A DNA stretch of 64,000 bases, taken from sequence record OK322699.1; one strand, 5' to 3'. Position numbers and translations under genes: made by a program. This DNA comes from Escherichia phage Sa157lw. Below are positions 18,989 to 28,182 of the stretch, piece after piece (position 1 is the first letter of the stretch; each line of letters opens with the position of its first letter). The notes under the pieces were generated by a model. That model made no database searches and had not been told where the DNA came from. It was given only the letters and a program-made list of their open reading frames with translations.

Positions 18989-19360
18989 ATGTTTGATCAA
19001 GCAACCCGTTTAAAACTGCGTTTTAACTCTAACAAAGGTCTGCTGTCTGTTGAGCAGGTTTGGGATCTGAATCTGAACGCACTGAACGAGCTGGCGAAAG
19101 ATCTGAGCCGTCAGGTGAAAGAAGCAGCCAGCGATGAAGAAGACTTCATCGGTGTGAAAAGCGCGGTCGATTCTCAGTTACAACTGCGGTTCGATATCGT
19201 GAAAGCGATCATCGGTGTTAAACTGAAAGAACGCGATGAAAGCGCGACCGCAGCAGAGCGTAAAGCGAACAACCAGGCGATCATGGAACTGATCCAGCGT
19301 AAGAAACAACAGGAACTGGAAGGTCTGTCTGTTGAAGAACTGGAAAAACTCCTGAAATAA
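18989..19360 (+). CDS. hypothetical coiled-coil protein
   Basis: 123 aa, heptad-rich, AAGGAACAAAGAAATG start. Confidence 0.45.
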   Translation: MFDQATRLKLRFNSNKGLLSVEQVWDLNLNALNELAKDLSRQVKEAASDEEDFIGVKSAVDSQLQLRFDIVKAIIGVKLKERDESATAAERKANNQAIMELIQRKKQQELEGLSVEELEKLLK

Positions 19361-19380
19361 TCTGACGGCTCCGGCCTGAG

Positions 19381-19408
19381 AAACCCCGCCGTGTGCGGGG
19401 TTTCTTTT
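19381..19408 (+). terminator. rho-independent terminator AAACCCCGC cgtgt GCGGGGTTT + CTTTT
   Basis: near-identical to terminator at 3368-3397. Confidence 0.75.
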
Positions 19409-19419
19409 GGACAAAAATC

Positions 19420-19830
19420 ATGAAATCTATTACGTGTGATTACTGCGGTCAACCTGCCCAATACGTCGGGTGTGATGTTGTATACCCCCACCGCCCCGAC
19501 CTCCGCAATCTGAAGTTCTGGGTATGCTCGCCATGCGACGCTCGTGTGGGTTGCCATACCCATGGGGATGGTAGACAACCTCTGGGAAGGATGGCGAATG
19601 CCGCTCTCCGTGCTGCTAAGCAGGAAGCTCATAGATCGTTTGACCCTATCTGGAAAGGTGGGCAGAGGAGCAGGAGTGATGCTTACAGCTGGCTGGCTCA
19701 TAATCTGGGGATCAAGAAGCGCGATTGCCATATCGGCTTGTTCGATATCGATATGTGCCGTAAAGTAGTCGCTGTGTGTAATCAACTAAAGGCACAAGAT
19801 AATGTCAAAGGAAATACAAGAAGCATTTGA
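19420..19830 (+). CDS. zinc-finger protein (CxxC..CxxC)
   Basis: ORF 19393..19830 trimmed to MKSITCDYCG; cysteine pairs CDYCG / CSPCD. Confidence 0.45.
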   Translation: MKSITCDYCGQPAQYVGCDVVYPHRPDLRNLKFWVCSPCDARVGCHTHGDGRQPLGRMANAALRAAKQEAHRSFDPIWKGGQRSRSDAYSWLAHNLGIKKRDCHIGLFDIDMCRKVVAVCNQLKAQDNVKGNTRSI

Positions 19831-20053
19831 AAAATTATCTCAGGTAATGACCGACTGCAACCGCCGGAATTATTGTGATGAAGCGTATACCAAATTGAAA
19901 ACTGCTGTTGAAACCGAGCTGGCAGGTCTTTCCGTTTTCAAAGATATTCAGACCGAAGTGCTATATCTGTCGGATGAAGATTTAAGGCGTTGCCCCCGCA
20001 AGATTTACCAATTACTGGATCGTTTGGTGAAAGTGGGGGTGAATAATGGGTAA
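19802..20053 (+). CDS. hypothetical small protein
   Basis: 83 aa ORF overlapping neighbours. Confidence 0.3.
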   Translation: MSKEIQEAFEKLSQVMTDCNRRNYCDEAYTKLKTAVETELAGLSVFKDIQTEVLYLSDEDLRRCPRKIYQLLDRLVKVGVNNG

Positions 20054-20771
20054 TCGTGAAGGGATTAAACTCACACCAGAACTTCTGAAGTCACATATTG
20101 CTGAAGTGATTTATGAAGACCGTGAAGTTGGTGGTCACCGCGTCATTACATGCCATTTCAAGATGGACAATGGGTTCGTTGTGTGGGGTAAGAATAGTTC
20201 CACATCGGTAGACCCTGCCAACTTCGATGAAGAAATAGGCAAGCAGCTGGCCTATGAAAAGACCTTTTCTCAACTGTGGGAACTGGAAGCATATCGCGCG
20301 ATGGTAGAAAAGCAGATCATCGATGTGTCTGCCGAAGATGCTAAGATCAACATTGATGAATATGTGTCAGAAAGGGAAGCGATACATGAGATGGGTGGTT
20401 CTGAATTTCTTAAGGGTAAAGGACAATCCATCGTGTTTCGTCATCCCAAAGATCCAAGTCGGGGATTTCGCGTTGAATTTGTTCGCACCGATAATGAACG
20501 TTATAACGAACGACGCAATGGTGAGGCACGATCTTTGGTGGAAGCGTATCTTCGCTCGTTCATGACTTCTGAAGAACTAAATTCTGAACTTGTCTTGCGT
20601 TTGGCGAAAACGTGTAATGCTGCTTCAGGGGATTATCCGTGGTGTGACCTGTCAGAAGACAAACGCCAAGCAGCCTGTGATCGTGTTAAGAAATTCTTGT
20701 TAGATCCGAAAGCCCAACCTGGTGATTCCGTAGGGGCACTGTATAGAGCCATTGTGGTGTCCTACTTGTAA
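20046..20771 (+). CDS. hypothetical protein
   Basis: 241 aa ORF, ATGA-coupled to upstream gene. Confidence 0.45.
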   Translation: MGNREGIKLTPELLKSHIAEVIYEDREVGGHRVITCHFKMDNGFVVWGKNSSTSVDPANFDEEIGKQLAYEKTFSQLWELEAYRAMVEKQIIDVSAEDAKINIDEYVSEREAIHEMGGSEFLKGKGQSIVFRHPKDPSRGFRVEFVRTDNERYNERRNGEARSLVEAYLRSFMTSEELNSELVLRLAKTCNAASGDYPWCDLSEDKRQAACDRVKKFLLDPKAQPGDSVGALYRAIVVSYL

Positions 20772-21038
20772 TTCTTCAAAAGTCTTTCAAAATCAATAAC
20801 GTCCGGCAAAATGCTGGGCGTTTCAATTAATAAGCCAAGGTATAATGGCCCAACTGAAAACGCGGGGGAATTTCTTTGTCCAAGCCATTCATTCGTTCCG
20901 GAGTTGATTCTCTAGACTCCCAATTTAAGCCGAGCGAAGTTTTAATCCAACAAATTGAAACCAATCGTGAATTCATAGAACACATGTTGGCAAAGCCGGA
21001 AGGCGAAGCCGCTCAAACCACCAAAGAAGGTAATAACG

Positions 21039-23255
21039 ATGATTGAATCATTAACATTTAAAAATGCGGTAGCAACCGTCGCGCCGTCTAACCATGTAAT
21101 CGTTGTGGATATCTCCGGTTCCATGTACCGTTCACTTCCTGAAGTTCGCAAGCATCTGAAGGAAAATCTCCCGTCTCTGGTTAAACCAGAAGATACCGTC
21201 AGCATTCTTTACTTTTCATCCCGTGGTGATTTCGGTACGGTATTCGCTGGCCGTCAGATCAATAGCGCGACCGATCTCAGTGAAATCAATAAACTGATTG
21301 ACCGCTTCCTGCAACCGTCCGGTTGTACGGGATTTGTAGAACCTCTGAAGTTGGCTGCTGAAACCGCGTTGAGCCTGAACAAACCTGGTTATGTCAATAA
21401 CCTGGCGTTCATGACCGACGGCTATGACAACTGCTGGCGCTCTAATGAAATTCTGGCAGCAGCTGAAGTACTGCCCAAGGCGTTCGATAATATTACATTC
21501 ATCGAATATGGCTGGTATTGTAACCGCGAACTTCTGGCTCTGATGTCCGAGCGTTCTGGCGCGACTCACGTGTTTGCCGAAGGTCAGACTGAATATCAGA
21601 CCGAACTGGAAAACGTACTGAAATCATCTACGCCGAAAGTGGTTGTTGATGTTCCCCTGGTTTACACTCATGCCATCTACGTTGAAAACGGCGTGGCAAC
21701 TGTGCTAGCCGTACAACCCGATGAAGAACACCCGATTGGCCACGTCAGCATCCCTGAAAGCGTTTCTCAGCTGTGGGTTGTAAACCCTAACATGATCGAC
21801 CAGCTGGATAATCTGGCAGACACCCAGGCGGCATACGTGCTGGCATTCTATGGCGTGTACACCATGGACGCCGATCTGGTCTGGGCCGCGCTGAAGAAGA
21901 CGGGTGACGTCCGCTTCATCAAACAATACAGCAACTGTTTCACCAAGCAGGACTATTCCAACATCAAAGTCGATCTGACCCAGGCTATCGTGGATGAAAC
22001 TCTACGCGGCGTAGATGGCATCGATTACAATATGGTTCCAGCTGAAGATGCAACGACCATTGTTGATGTCTTGACCTACCTGGCCGAAGCCGATGTCTCT
22101 GTTGTCACTAAGCATCCATTGTTCTCTTACAACAGCATCGGTCGCGGCACTGTGCAGAAAGTTGATGACACTGAAGACAAGCTGGCTGAACAAATCGCCG
22201 AAGCCAAAACCAAAGCAGAGCGTAAAGCGCTGGCTCTCAAACTGGCTGAGCACGAAGATTGGACACCGGAATTTACTCCGGTTGATGACAAAGGGATTGT
22301 CCCAATTAGCAATCTGGTCTACAATTCAGAGCGCCCTAACATCAGCATTCAGACCGTTCAGCATGGGACGGTTGTTGTGCCGGAGTTCGTACAGAAGAAA
22401 TATGAACTCCCTGAAGAACTGGGAACCTGGCGTTATCGTAATTACACCATCGTCAAAGATGGAATCATCAACCTGAAGACGATGCCGATTACTGCCGAAT
22501 CTCCGATTGTCCGAGCTAAGGTTGTCCAAGATTTGATCGCCATGGGCGTTAATGTATTTGGTGGACCGGAAATCTTCATCGTTAATTTAGAAAGCGTTCC
22601 GATGGTCAACCGCGCCATGACCAAGAACATCAGTGCTGCCGAATTCTTCGCTGACAACGTTCGTCGCGAAGCGCTGAAGGCAAAACAGAAAGTTCTGAAA
22701 TTCTATCGTGATGAACTGGTTGGCAAAGGCAATGCAACTGGTCTGGCTTCTAAATATGGTAAAGAAGCCGCCGATTTCTTGTCGGCAAATGGCATTCGCG
22801 ACTACGGGTTCTCGCCGAAAACTACTTCTGTGGAATCAACCGATGTCTACATGAGCCGTGAGCTGAATGTGAAAATCAAAGGTGCTTCGTCGCTGCCGAG
22901 CATTGCGTCAGTTATCAAAAAGCAAGCAGATGGTAAAAAACTGAATGTCGCTGATCAGTTGATTGCCAATGCTTTGGCCGAATACGACGCTTTTGTTAAA
23001 TCGCCAATGATCACCAGCGTACCTGAAGAGACTCAGAAAAAGCTGATTGAAAGCTGGATCGGAGACGCAGCAAAAGCGGCCATTAACGAAGTCCGCGCCC
23101 TGAACAAAACTCTGTCTAAAGTAGTTTACGGCATCGTCGCTGGTCATGGTTGGTTCACTGATTTGGATCTGGAAGAGTCTACGATGGATGTAGAAGTTGA
23201 TGGGGTGAAATACACCGTCACTGCCGAACTGGCCGAAAAAGAAATCAAAATCTAA
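21039..23255 (+). CDS. von Willebrand factor A (vWA) domain protein with MIDAS motif
   Basis: 738 aa; N-terminal VVDISGSM (DxSGS) and downstream FMTDGYDN consistent with vWA/MIDAS. Confidence 0.55.
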   Translation: MIESLTFKNAVATVAPSNHVIVVDISGSMYRSLPEVRKHLKENLPSLVKPEDTVSILYFSSRGDFGTVFAGRQINSATDLSEINKLIDRFLQPSGCTGFVEPLKLAAETALSLNKPGYVNNLAFMTDGYDNCWRSNEILAAAEVLPKAFDNITFIEYGWYCNRELLALMSERSGATHVFAEGQTEYQTELENVLKSSTPKVVVDVPLVYTHAIYVENGVATVLAVQPDEEHPIGHVSIPESVSQLWVVNPNMIDQLDNLADTQAAYVLAFYGVYTMDADLVWAALKKTGDVRFIKQYSNCFTKQDYSNIKVDLTQAIVDETLRGVDGIDYNMVPAEDATTIVDVLTYLAEADVSVVTKHPLFSYNSIGRGTVQKVDDTEDKLAEQIAEAKTKAERKALALKLAEHEDWTPEFTPVDDKGIVPISNLVYNSERPNISIQTVQHGTVVVPEFVQKKYELPEELGTWRYRNYTIVKDGIINLKTMPITAESPIVRAKVVQDLIAMGVNVFGGPEIFIVNLESVPMVNRAMTKNISAAEFFADNVRREALKAKQKVLKFYRDELVGKGNATGLASKYGKEAADFLSANGIRDYGFSPKTTSVESTDVYMSRELNVKIKGASSLPSIASVIKKQADGKKLNVADQLIANALAEYDAFVKSPMITSVPEETQKKLIESWIGDAAKAAINEVRALNKTLSKVVYGIVAGHGWFTDLDLEESTMDVEVDGVKYTVTAELAEKEIKI

Positions 23256-23293
23256 ATCTAATTGGCGGGGAAACCCGCCTTTACTTTCAGGAA

Positions 23294-23611
23294 ATGAATA
23301 TGAGCAACAAACCGACTTATGTTGATGTCATGCGCGATTTGGCCCAATACGCATGTGACAACCTGAACATGGAAACTTGGCGCGACGGCGATCATAAAGA
23401 AAAGTTCGATAATATCGACGACAACATCGATGCGTTGGCTCCTCTTCGGGCCAAGAGCGATCTCGGCGGTGATGATCTTGACATGATTGAACTCATCATG
23501 GAAGTTGAAGAACAATATGATGTTGAAATCAGTGATGACTGGGTAGGCAAACATGGTGATGATCCCACGCTCGGCGAATTAGCTGAATTGGTAGTTGCCC
23601 TCAGCAAGTAA
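23294..23611 (+). CDS. acyl carrier protein-like protein lacking the phosphopantetheine-acceptor Ser (DDLD instead of DSLD)
   Basis: C-terminal DLGGDDLDMIELIMEVEEQYDVEISDD mirrors ACP helix II [20 protein letters not shown]..IPDE. Confidence 0.45.
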   Translation: MNMSNKPTYVDVMRDLAQYACDNLNMETWRDGDHKEKFDNIDDNIDALAPLRAKSDLGGDDLDMIELIMEVEEQYDVEISDDWVGKHGDDPTLGELAELVVALSK

Positions 23612-23619
23612 ACCAAAAG

Positions 23620-23648
23620 AATCCCCAATATTTATTGGGGATTTTTAC
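23620..23648 (+). terminator. stem-loop AATCCCCAATA ttt TATTGGGGATT + TTTT
   Basis: 11-bp inverted repeat read directly. Confidence 0.6.
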
Positions 23649-23657
23649 TTTTAGGGG

Positions 23658-23686
23658 TTTACTTCTTCTAAAGAATATCCTATTAT
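23658..23686 (+). promoter_or_regulatory. early sigma70-type promoter (-35 TTTACT, 17-bp spacer, -10 TATTAT)
   Basis: promoter family member; TTCAATAA lies just downstream of -10. Confidence 0.5.
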
Positions 23687-23731
23687 TCAATAACTGGCTA
23701 ACGTGGGGTTGGCTAGAAAAGGAGATACAAA

Positions 23732-23971
23732 ATGAAACTACCAGGTCATATTGAAGTTTATATGCGGTTATACAAAGAAGGTAACGCCGCTGCTAAAGAA
23801 CTACACGAACTGATTTTGTCATACGGCGTTAAGTCTGTTACAGAAGTAAAGAACAACAAAATAGACGGCGAATATGTGTCAATCAATGGGCGTGGTCTGA
23901 AAACCAACCCAACATATTTTGTGGGTGTCCATTTAGACACAGGGAAAGAAGTCGTGGAGATCGTGGCATAA
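23732..23971 (+). CDS. hypothetical small protein
   Basis: 79 aa, AAAGGAG RBS. Confidence 0.4.
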   Translation: MKLPGHIEVYMRLYKEGNAAAKELHELILSYGVKSVTEVKNNKIDGEYVSINGRGLKTNPTYFVGVHLDTGKEVVEIVA

Positions 23972-24210
23972 TGTCTAATAAGAAAGTTGAAACGACGGTA
24001 GAAATTGATCGTAATTGGGGATTACTCCGCGCTAAAGGTTTTCGTCGTGTTTATATGACCAAGGAAGTTTATGTTCAGCGTCGCGACGTTATTATCAGCA
24101 AGAAAGGTAAAGAGTGGGTTGCTGAAGAAGTTGACATTGAAACAGGTGTCGTGGGCAAAGTAAAAGCGAAGGCGGCTATTTTGTTTTCTCTTCTGAAGCA
24201 TATCAATTAA
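23971..24210 (+). CDS. hypothetical small protein
   Basis: 79 aa, start overlaps upstream stop. Confidence 0.35.
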   Translation: MSNKKVETTVEIDRNWGLLRAKGFRRVYMTKEVYVQRRDVIISKKGKEWVAEEVDIETGVVGKVKAKAAILFSLLKHIN

Positions 24211-24223
24211 TTCTATAAACTCC

Positions 24224-24250
24224 GGCGGGGTATGATTACCCCGCCTATTT
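24224..24250 (+). terminator. stem-loop GGCGGGG tatgatta CCCCGCC + TATTT
   Basis: inverted repeat. Confidence 0.5.
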
Positions 24251-24294
24251 GAAATTGCAGGAACTTATATCATGATCTCTGTCGAGGGTATAAT

Positions 24295-24582
24295 ATGACA
24301 AAGGAACAAGAACTCGCTTTGTTCTCTATGGTTCGCAGTAATGTTAAATTGAGTTTTAGACAAGTGGACTCCATTATTGATCTTATGAAAATTAAGAATT
24401 CCATAGATAACGATCATTTGCGCACCGCTCTTTTGGGATTGTTGGAATTCGTTTTGCGCGGATCTGATCTTGGACCAGTGAATGATATTGACGACCTGAC
24501 CAAATTGTTAAACACTGGCGGTGATGGTTTCGATACCGCTCGTATTCTGATTAACTGTGGTCCTAACAAAGAAGAGGTATGA
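24295..24582 (+). CDS. hypothetical small protein
   Basis: 95 aa ORF. Confidence 0.35.
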   Translation: MTKEQELALFSMVRSNVKLSFRQVDSIIDLMKIKNSIDNDHLRTALLGLLEFVLRGSDLGPVNDIDDLTKLLNTGGDGFDTARILINCGPNKEEV

Positions 24583-24583
24583 T

Positions 24584-24742
24584 GTGGACAAAGATTTGGT
24601 TTGGGAAATCGTGAAAGGTATCCTGGTAATAATTGCTGTGGTCTTTATCCTAGGAGGAAACTTCTTCTATTGGTTATTGCGGTATGAAGAGAAGCGTCGA
24701 GAGCGGAAAGAACAGAAGAGAAAAGATCGATGGATGAACTAA
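24584..24742 (+). CDS. small membrane protein (possible GTG start)
   Basis: ORF 24557..24742; hydrophobic helix ILVIIAVVFILGG then basic tail; start ambiguous. Confidence 0.25.
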   Translation: MDKDLVWEIVKGILVIIAVVFILGGNFFYWLLRYEEKRRERKEQKRKDRWMN

Positions 24743-24774
24743 CTAAGGGATAACCCTATATCCCGAGGTGTGTC

Positions 24775-25224
24775 ATGTTCCTTACATCCTTTATTGACTG
24801 GATGAATATCATAAATGGCCTGAGGATCCCTGTTGGGAACCTCGGGCTTTCTCGTTCTTCTATGCCGCAAATCGATGCCGACAAACAAGAAGATTTTCAC
24901 AAATATCTTGAAGACAACGGCGTGTCTATAGATGCTGCGCAAGTGCCCATCAAAATGCTTCGTCTTACCCAGAACGAAATCAACAAGATGAAGGTCTGGA
25001 AGATTATGAAGCAAATCCGAAATAAGAAACCTATGGGTCGAGTTTGGGTGTCTTCTGACAATTACGTTGTTGACGGATCTCACCGATTTGTCGCTGCGTT
25101 GAACATGGACGGCAAACAGCGCATGAAGGTCTACAAAGTTGATTTGCCAGCGATGGAATTTGTTAAACTCGCTAAACAGTTTCAAGGGGTGCGATACAGA
25201 ACGGTCAGCGATACCCGTTTCTGA
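24775..25224 (+). CDS. ParB/Srx-like nuclease domain protein
   Basis: 149 aa; VVDGSHRFVAA resembles the DGxHR core of ParB N-terminal/sulfiredoxin fold. Confidence 0.45.
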   Translation: MFLTSFIDWMNIINGLRIPVGNLGLSRSSMPQIDADKQEDFHKYLEDNGVSIDAAQVPIKMLRLTQNEINKMKVWKIMKQIRNKKPMGRVWVSSDNYVVDGSHRFVAALNMDGKQRMKVYKVDLPAMEFVKLAKQFQGVRYRTVSDTRF

Positions 25225-25303
25225 ATACGATAGTTTATTGAAACCCTTTACTCAACATGGTGACAGCCCTATCATTTTATCCAATGAAATAAGGAGAATC
25301 ACC

Positions 25304-25993
25304 ATGAAACGTTTAATCCTCGGGGTTGTGCTGGCAGGTCTGGCATTACCCGCCGCCGCCAAGCTGAACTCCACAGGTGACAAACTGTGGTCTGATCTTT
25401 CCTACTGTGCTGGGTTCTCCCAGGCCGTGGCTATAGACAAGTCCGGTTCCATAGAGAATTTCGCTGAACTTTGGAACACGGGTAACGTCTCCACTGCTGT
25501 TGTTAATGCTGGGATTGAGTTCAACCGTTACAAACAGGGAGCCTACAACTTGAAAGGCTACCTGAATGACGATGAATTTAACCGAGGAGGCATGGAGGCT
25601 GGCGATCTCATCATGACTGGCCGTATGGGCACACAAGGCCGTATGACTGTAAGGCAATGCCGTTCTCTCCCCTCTCCGGCATTACAGAAGGGTGTGCAAA
25701 TCGGGCGTCGACATTTGGATCTGATCAATGATGGCAACCAATGCATCAAGGTGTTTGAATATAGTGCCGACCAAGAATCAGATCGACGTTTGAAAAAGGA
25801 ATGGCGGACACGTGCCCTTGGATTGAGAGCATGGCTCGTAGAAAACGATTATTACTACGAGGATCGTGTTCAGAACGGATTGAAAGATCTTTCCACTAAT
25901 TTGTCTGTCAATCTAGACGACCCAAGGCTTTCGCGTGAACTCAAGCAAACACGGATTGACTGCGACAATATGATGAAGGAGAACGAAAGATGA
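25304..25993 (+). CDS. secreted (signal peptide) protein
   Basis: ORF 25139..25993 trimmed to MKRLILGVVLAGLALPAAA with AAGGAG RBS. Confidence 0.5.
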   Translation: MKRLILGVVLAGLALPAAAKLNSTGDKLWSDLSYCAGFSQAVAIDKSGSIENFAELWNTGNVSTAVVNAGIEFNRYKQGAYNLKGYLNDDEFNRGGMEAGDLIMTGRMGTQGRMTVRQCRSLPSPALQKGVQIGRRHLDLINDGNQCIKVFEYSADQESDRRLKKEWRTRALGLRAWLVENDYYYEDRVQNGLKDLSTNLSVNLDDPRLSRELKQTRIDCDNMMKENER

Positions 25994-26310
25994 GAAACAT
26001 AATATTCTTGTTATTCTTTTCTATGTTGGCATCATTCCAAGTTATGGCGACTCCGGCCAGCAAATTGAATATTTGCGCGGCCTGGTTGTCTACTTATCAA
26101 CAATTTCACCCTGATGATAAAGATACATCTATCCTTTTATCGGATTATGAAGGTGAGTTGAAACGCCTTGATCTCTACAGCGTGGATCAAATAGAGAATG
26201 CTTTAGATTTGCCAATGATGGAGTCCGCTGCCGACAATAGCAAACAGACGATCAAAGATCTGACTATGTGTCGGGAAATAGCCACTAATTTCGTTGGAAA
26301 TCAAAGATAA
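25990..26310 (+). CDS. secreted (signal peptide) protein
   Basis: MRNIIFLLFFSMLASFQVMA signal-like N-terminus; ATGA-coupled to upstream gene. Confidence 0.45.
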   Translation: MRNIIFLLFFSMLASFQVMATPASKLNICAAWLSTYQQFHPDDKDTSILLSDYEGELKRLDLYSVDQIENALDLPMMESAADNSKQTIKDLTMCREIATNFVGNQR

Positions 26311-26360
26311 TTTTCAGGTTAAAATTTAACTTCCATTGAACTGAAAGGAAATACTTCGTG

Positions 26361-27167
26361 ATGATTATTACTAAAAAGATCGCCGAATCGATCGTTGAAA
26401 AGAATAAGATGTTCGCGCCCAACAAAGCAAAGGTCATTCTGATTCACGAAGACGGGCGCGTCATCTTCGCTGAGAAGTTTGAGCAGGGTTGTGCTTTCTG
26501 GTTCGCAGATACTATGCGCGAAAGCAAGCTGCAGGGCATCATCTATAAATTGACCCTGGTTGCCAAGCGCAATGATCAGGGTGATTGGGTTACGGTCTGC
26601 GATTTCAGCTCTAAGGTTGAAACGAAAGCCAAAACCCGCCAAGAAAGAATTTTAGAGGCTCAGGAAAAACTTCGGGTCGCTCGCACATCATCCGCGGAGA
26701 AGCCGGAAATAAAACCAGCCGTTATGCCTGTCACCAATAATCCGCTCCCACCTGTGGGTCAAAAGGCTTTCGAACAATATGTTGAAAAGAGAAAAGAAGA
26801 ATCTATGAAGACTCCGGTAGAAAATAATGATGAGTCTGAATTCATTTCAATACGACAGTTGTGCCCGCAAGAACAACGTTATTCTTCTCCAAATGATTTA
26901 TTTGTGTCATTCAGATGCAACGGGAAGATCATCCTGTGTAAAACTCTGCGTGAACAACTACCATGGCCTAACATCAATATGATGGTGAGTCGCAATTTTA
27001 AACGATTTGCTATTAGTGAAGGGAACGATTATCCCGTAAACAAGAGCGGAACGTATGCCAACAAACATATGTGTGGTAAGTTGTCTTTCCCTAACGATTC
27101 CGGAACCATCCGCGTTCGTTTAGAATGGGATGAAACCCTGAACATGTATGTTGGTGATATAAAATAA
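26361..27167 (+). CDS. hypothetical protein
   Basis: ORF 26358..27167 (GTG) trimmed to adjacent ATG. Confidence 0.45.
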   Translation: MIITKKIAESIVEKNKMFAPNKAKVILIHEDGRVIFAEKFEQGCAFWFADTMRESKLQGIIYKLTLVAKRNDQGDWVTVCDFSSKVETKAKTRQERILEAQEKLRVARTSSAEKPEIKPAVMPVTNNPLPPVGQKAFEQYVEKRKEESMKTPVENNDESEFISIRQLCPQEQRYSSPNDLFVSFRCNGKIILCKTLREQLPWPNINMMVSRNFKRFAISEGNDYPVNKSGTYANKHMCGKLSFPNDSGTIRVRLEWDETLNMYVGDIK

Positions 27168-27180
27168 TTCAATAACATTA

Positions 27181-27210
27181 GGGCGGTTATTATTAAACCG
27201 CCTTTTATTT
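27181..27210 (+). terminator. stem-loop GGGCGGTT attatta AACCGCC + TTTTATTT
   Basis: inverted repeat. Confidence 0.55.
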
Positions 27211-27224
27211 GAGAGATCTATATT

Positions 27225-27893
27225 ATGAATAAGAAGAGTCGTATCATCATCGGCGCGGATCAGGGAAATCTGTATTTTGATACAACTGGTGCTATTGCCC
27301 ACGCCATCCTTCCAACAGGTATTTCTGTTTATTGTGTCGAACACCCAGATCCAGCGATCAAACGACTTTGTTACATCCATCGTGAAAAGGGATTGATTGT
27401 ATTACCGGAAGGCGCAATTATGCGCGCTCGTTCTTGGCCGATCGATTTTAATTCCATGACCGCCAGAGAGATTGACGCCCGTTTCTTCGCATACAATATG
27501 AATCGAACTTTAAGGAACGAAACTCAAAGAGTTGCCCATTTCGATAATGAAACATATACCGTGACATTAGAATTTCGCGTTCTTGGTGAAGCTCTTCAGG
27601 TAAAGAAAACGAGTTGGGCAACCGAAGGGACGTTTACCAATGATTATGCTCTTATCGATAGATTGTGTAATCGGTTCCGAATTAGCCTGACTGCGAATGA
27701 AGATTTGGGAGAATATGTATCATGGACAGCTCGTTCTCCACATATGAATGGGATCATGATGGAGAGCGGGACTCGTAATCGTGCTGTTCTTCAGCTGCTG
27801 TTGTTAGATGCGTATTCTCGCAATCCTCTGGAATATTTGTCTCGAGAGCAAATCGACAACGCTCTTTCCCATTGCAATCATCTGGAGGTGTGA
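27225..27893 (+). CDS. hypothetical protein
   Basis: 222 aa; start carries GAGAGATCTATATTATG element. Confidence 0.45.
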   Translation: MNKKSRIIIGADQGNLYFDTTGAIAHAILPTGISVYCVEHPDPAIKRLCYIHREKGLIVLPEGAIMRARSWPIDFNSMTAREIDARFFAYNMNRTLRNETQRVAHFDNETYTVTLEFRVLGEALQVKKTSWATEGTFTNDYALIDRLCNRFRISLTANEDLGEYVSWTARSPHMNGIMMESGTRNRAVLQLLLLDAYSRNPLEYLSREQIDNALSHCNHLEV

Positions 27894-27894
27894 T

Positions 27895-28182
27895 ATGTCC
27901 GGCGTATGGTGTGATGTATTATTAGTGAGATTTTCAAACGGGATGGATAACCAGATTATTTCATTCTTTTATCCTGTTCCCTTTTCTTCTATGGGTCTGA
28001 CTGTCAAGCGCGTTCTTGACATAGAAGAAAAACTCAACGCTATGCCGTATATGGCGCGACCACACGTGCTGGGTTGTGAACTGTTAAACGAAATGATGAT
28101 CGATGAGAATCTTGTTGAAACAATTATCACGCGTGAACAGATGAAAACTATACTGGCTCAGGGAGAACCCCATGTCGAATAA
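27895..28182 (+). CDS. hypothetical small protein
   Basis: ORF 27808..28182 trimmed to MSGVW behind GGAGG RBS. Confidence 0.35.
   Translation: MSGVWCDVLLVRFSNGMDNQIISFFYPVPFSSMGLTVKRVLDIEEKLNAMPYMARPHVLGCELLNEMMIDENLVETIITREQMKTILAQGEPHVE

Noticed and set aside
19174-19785. 203-aa minus-strand ORF overlapping several + genes
   Set aside because: Overlaps a terminator and two + strand genes with good start contexts
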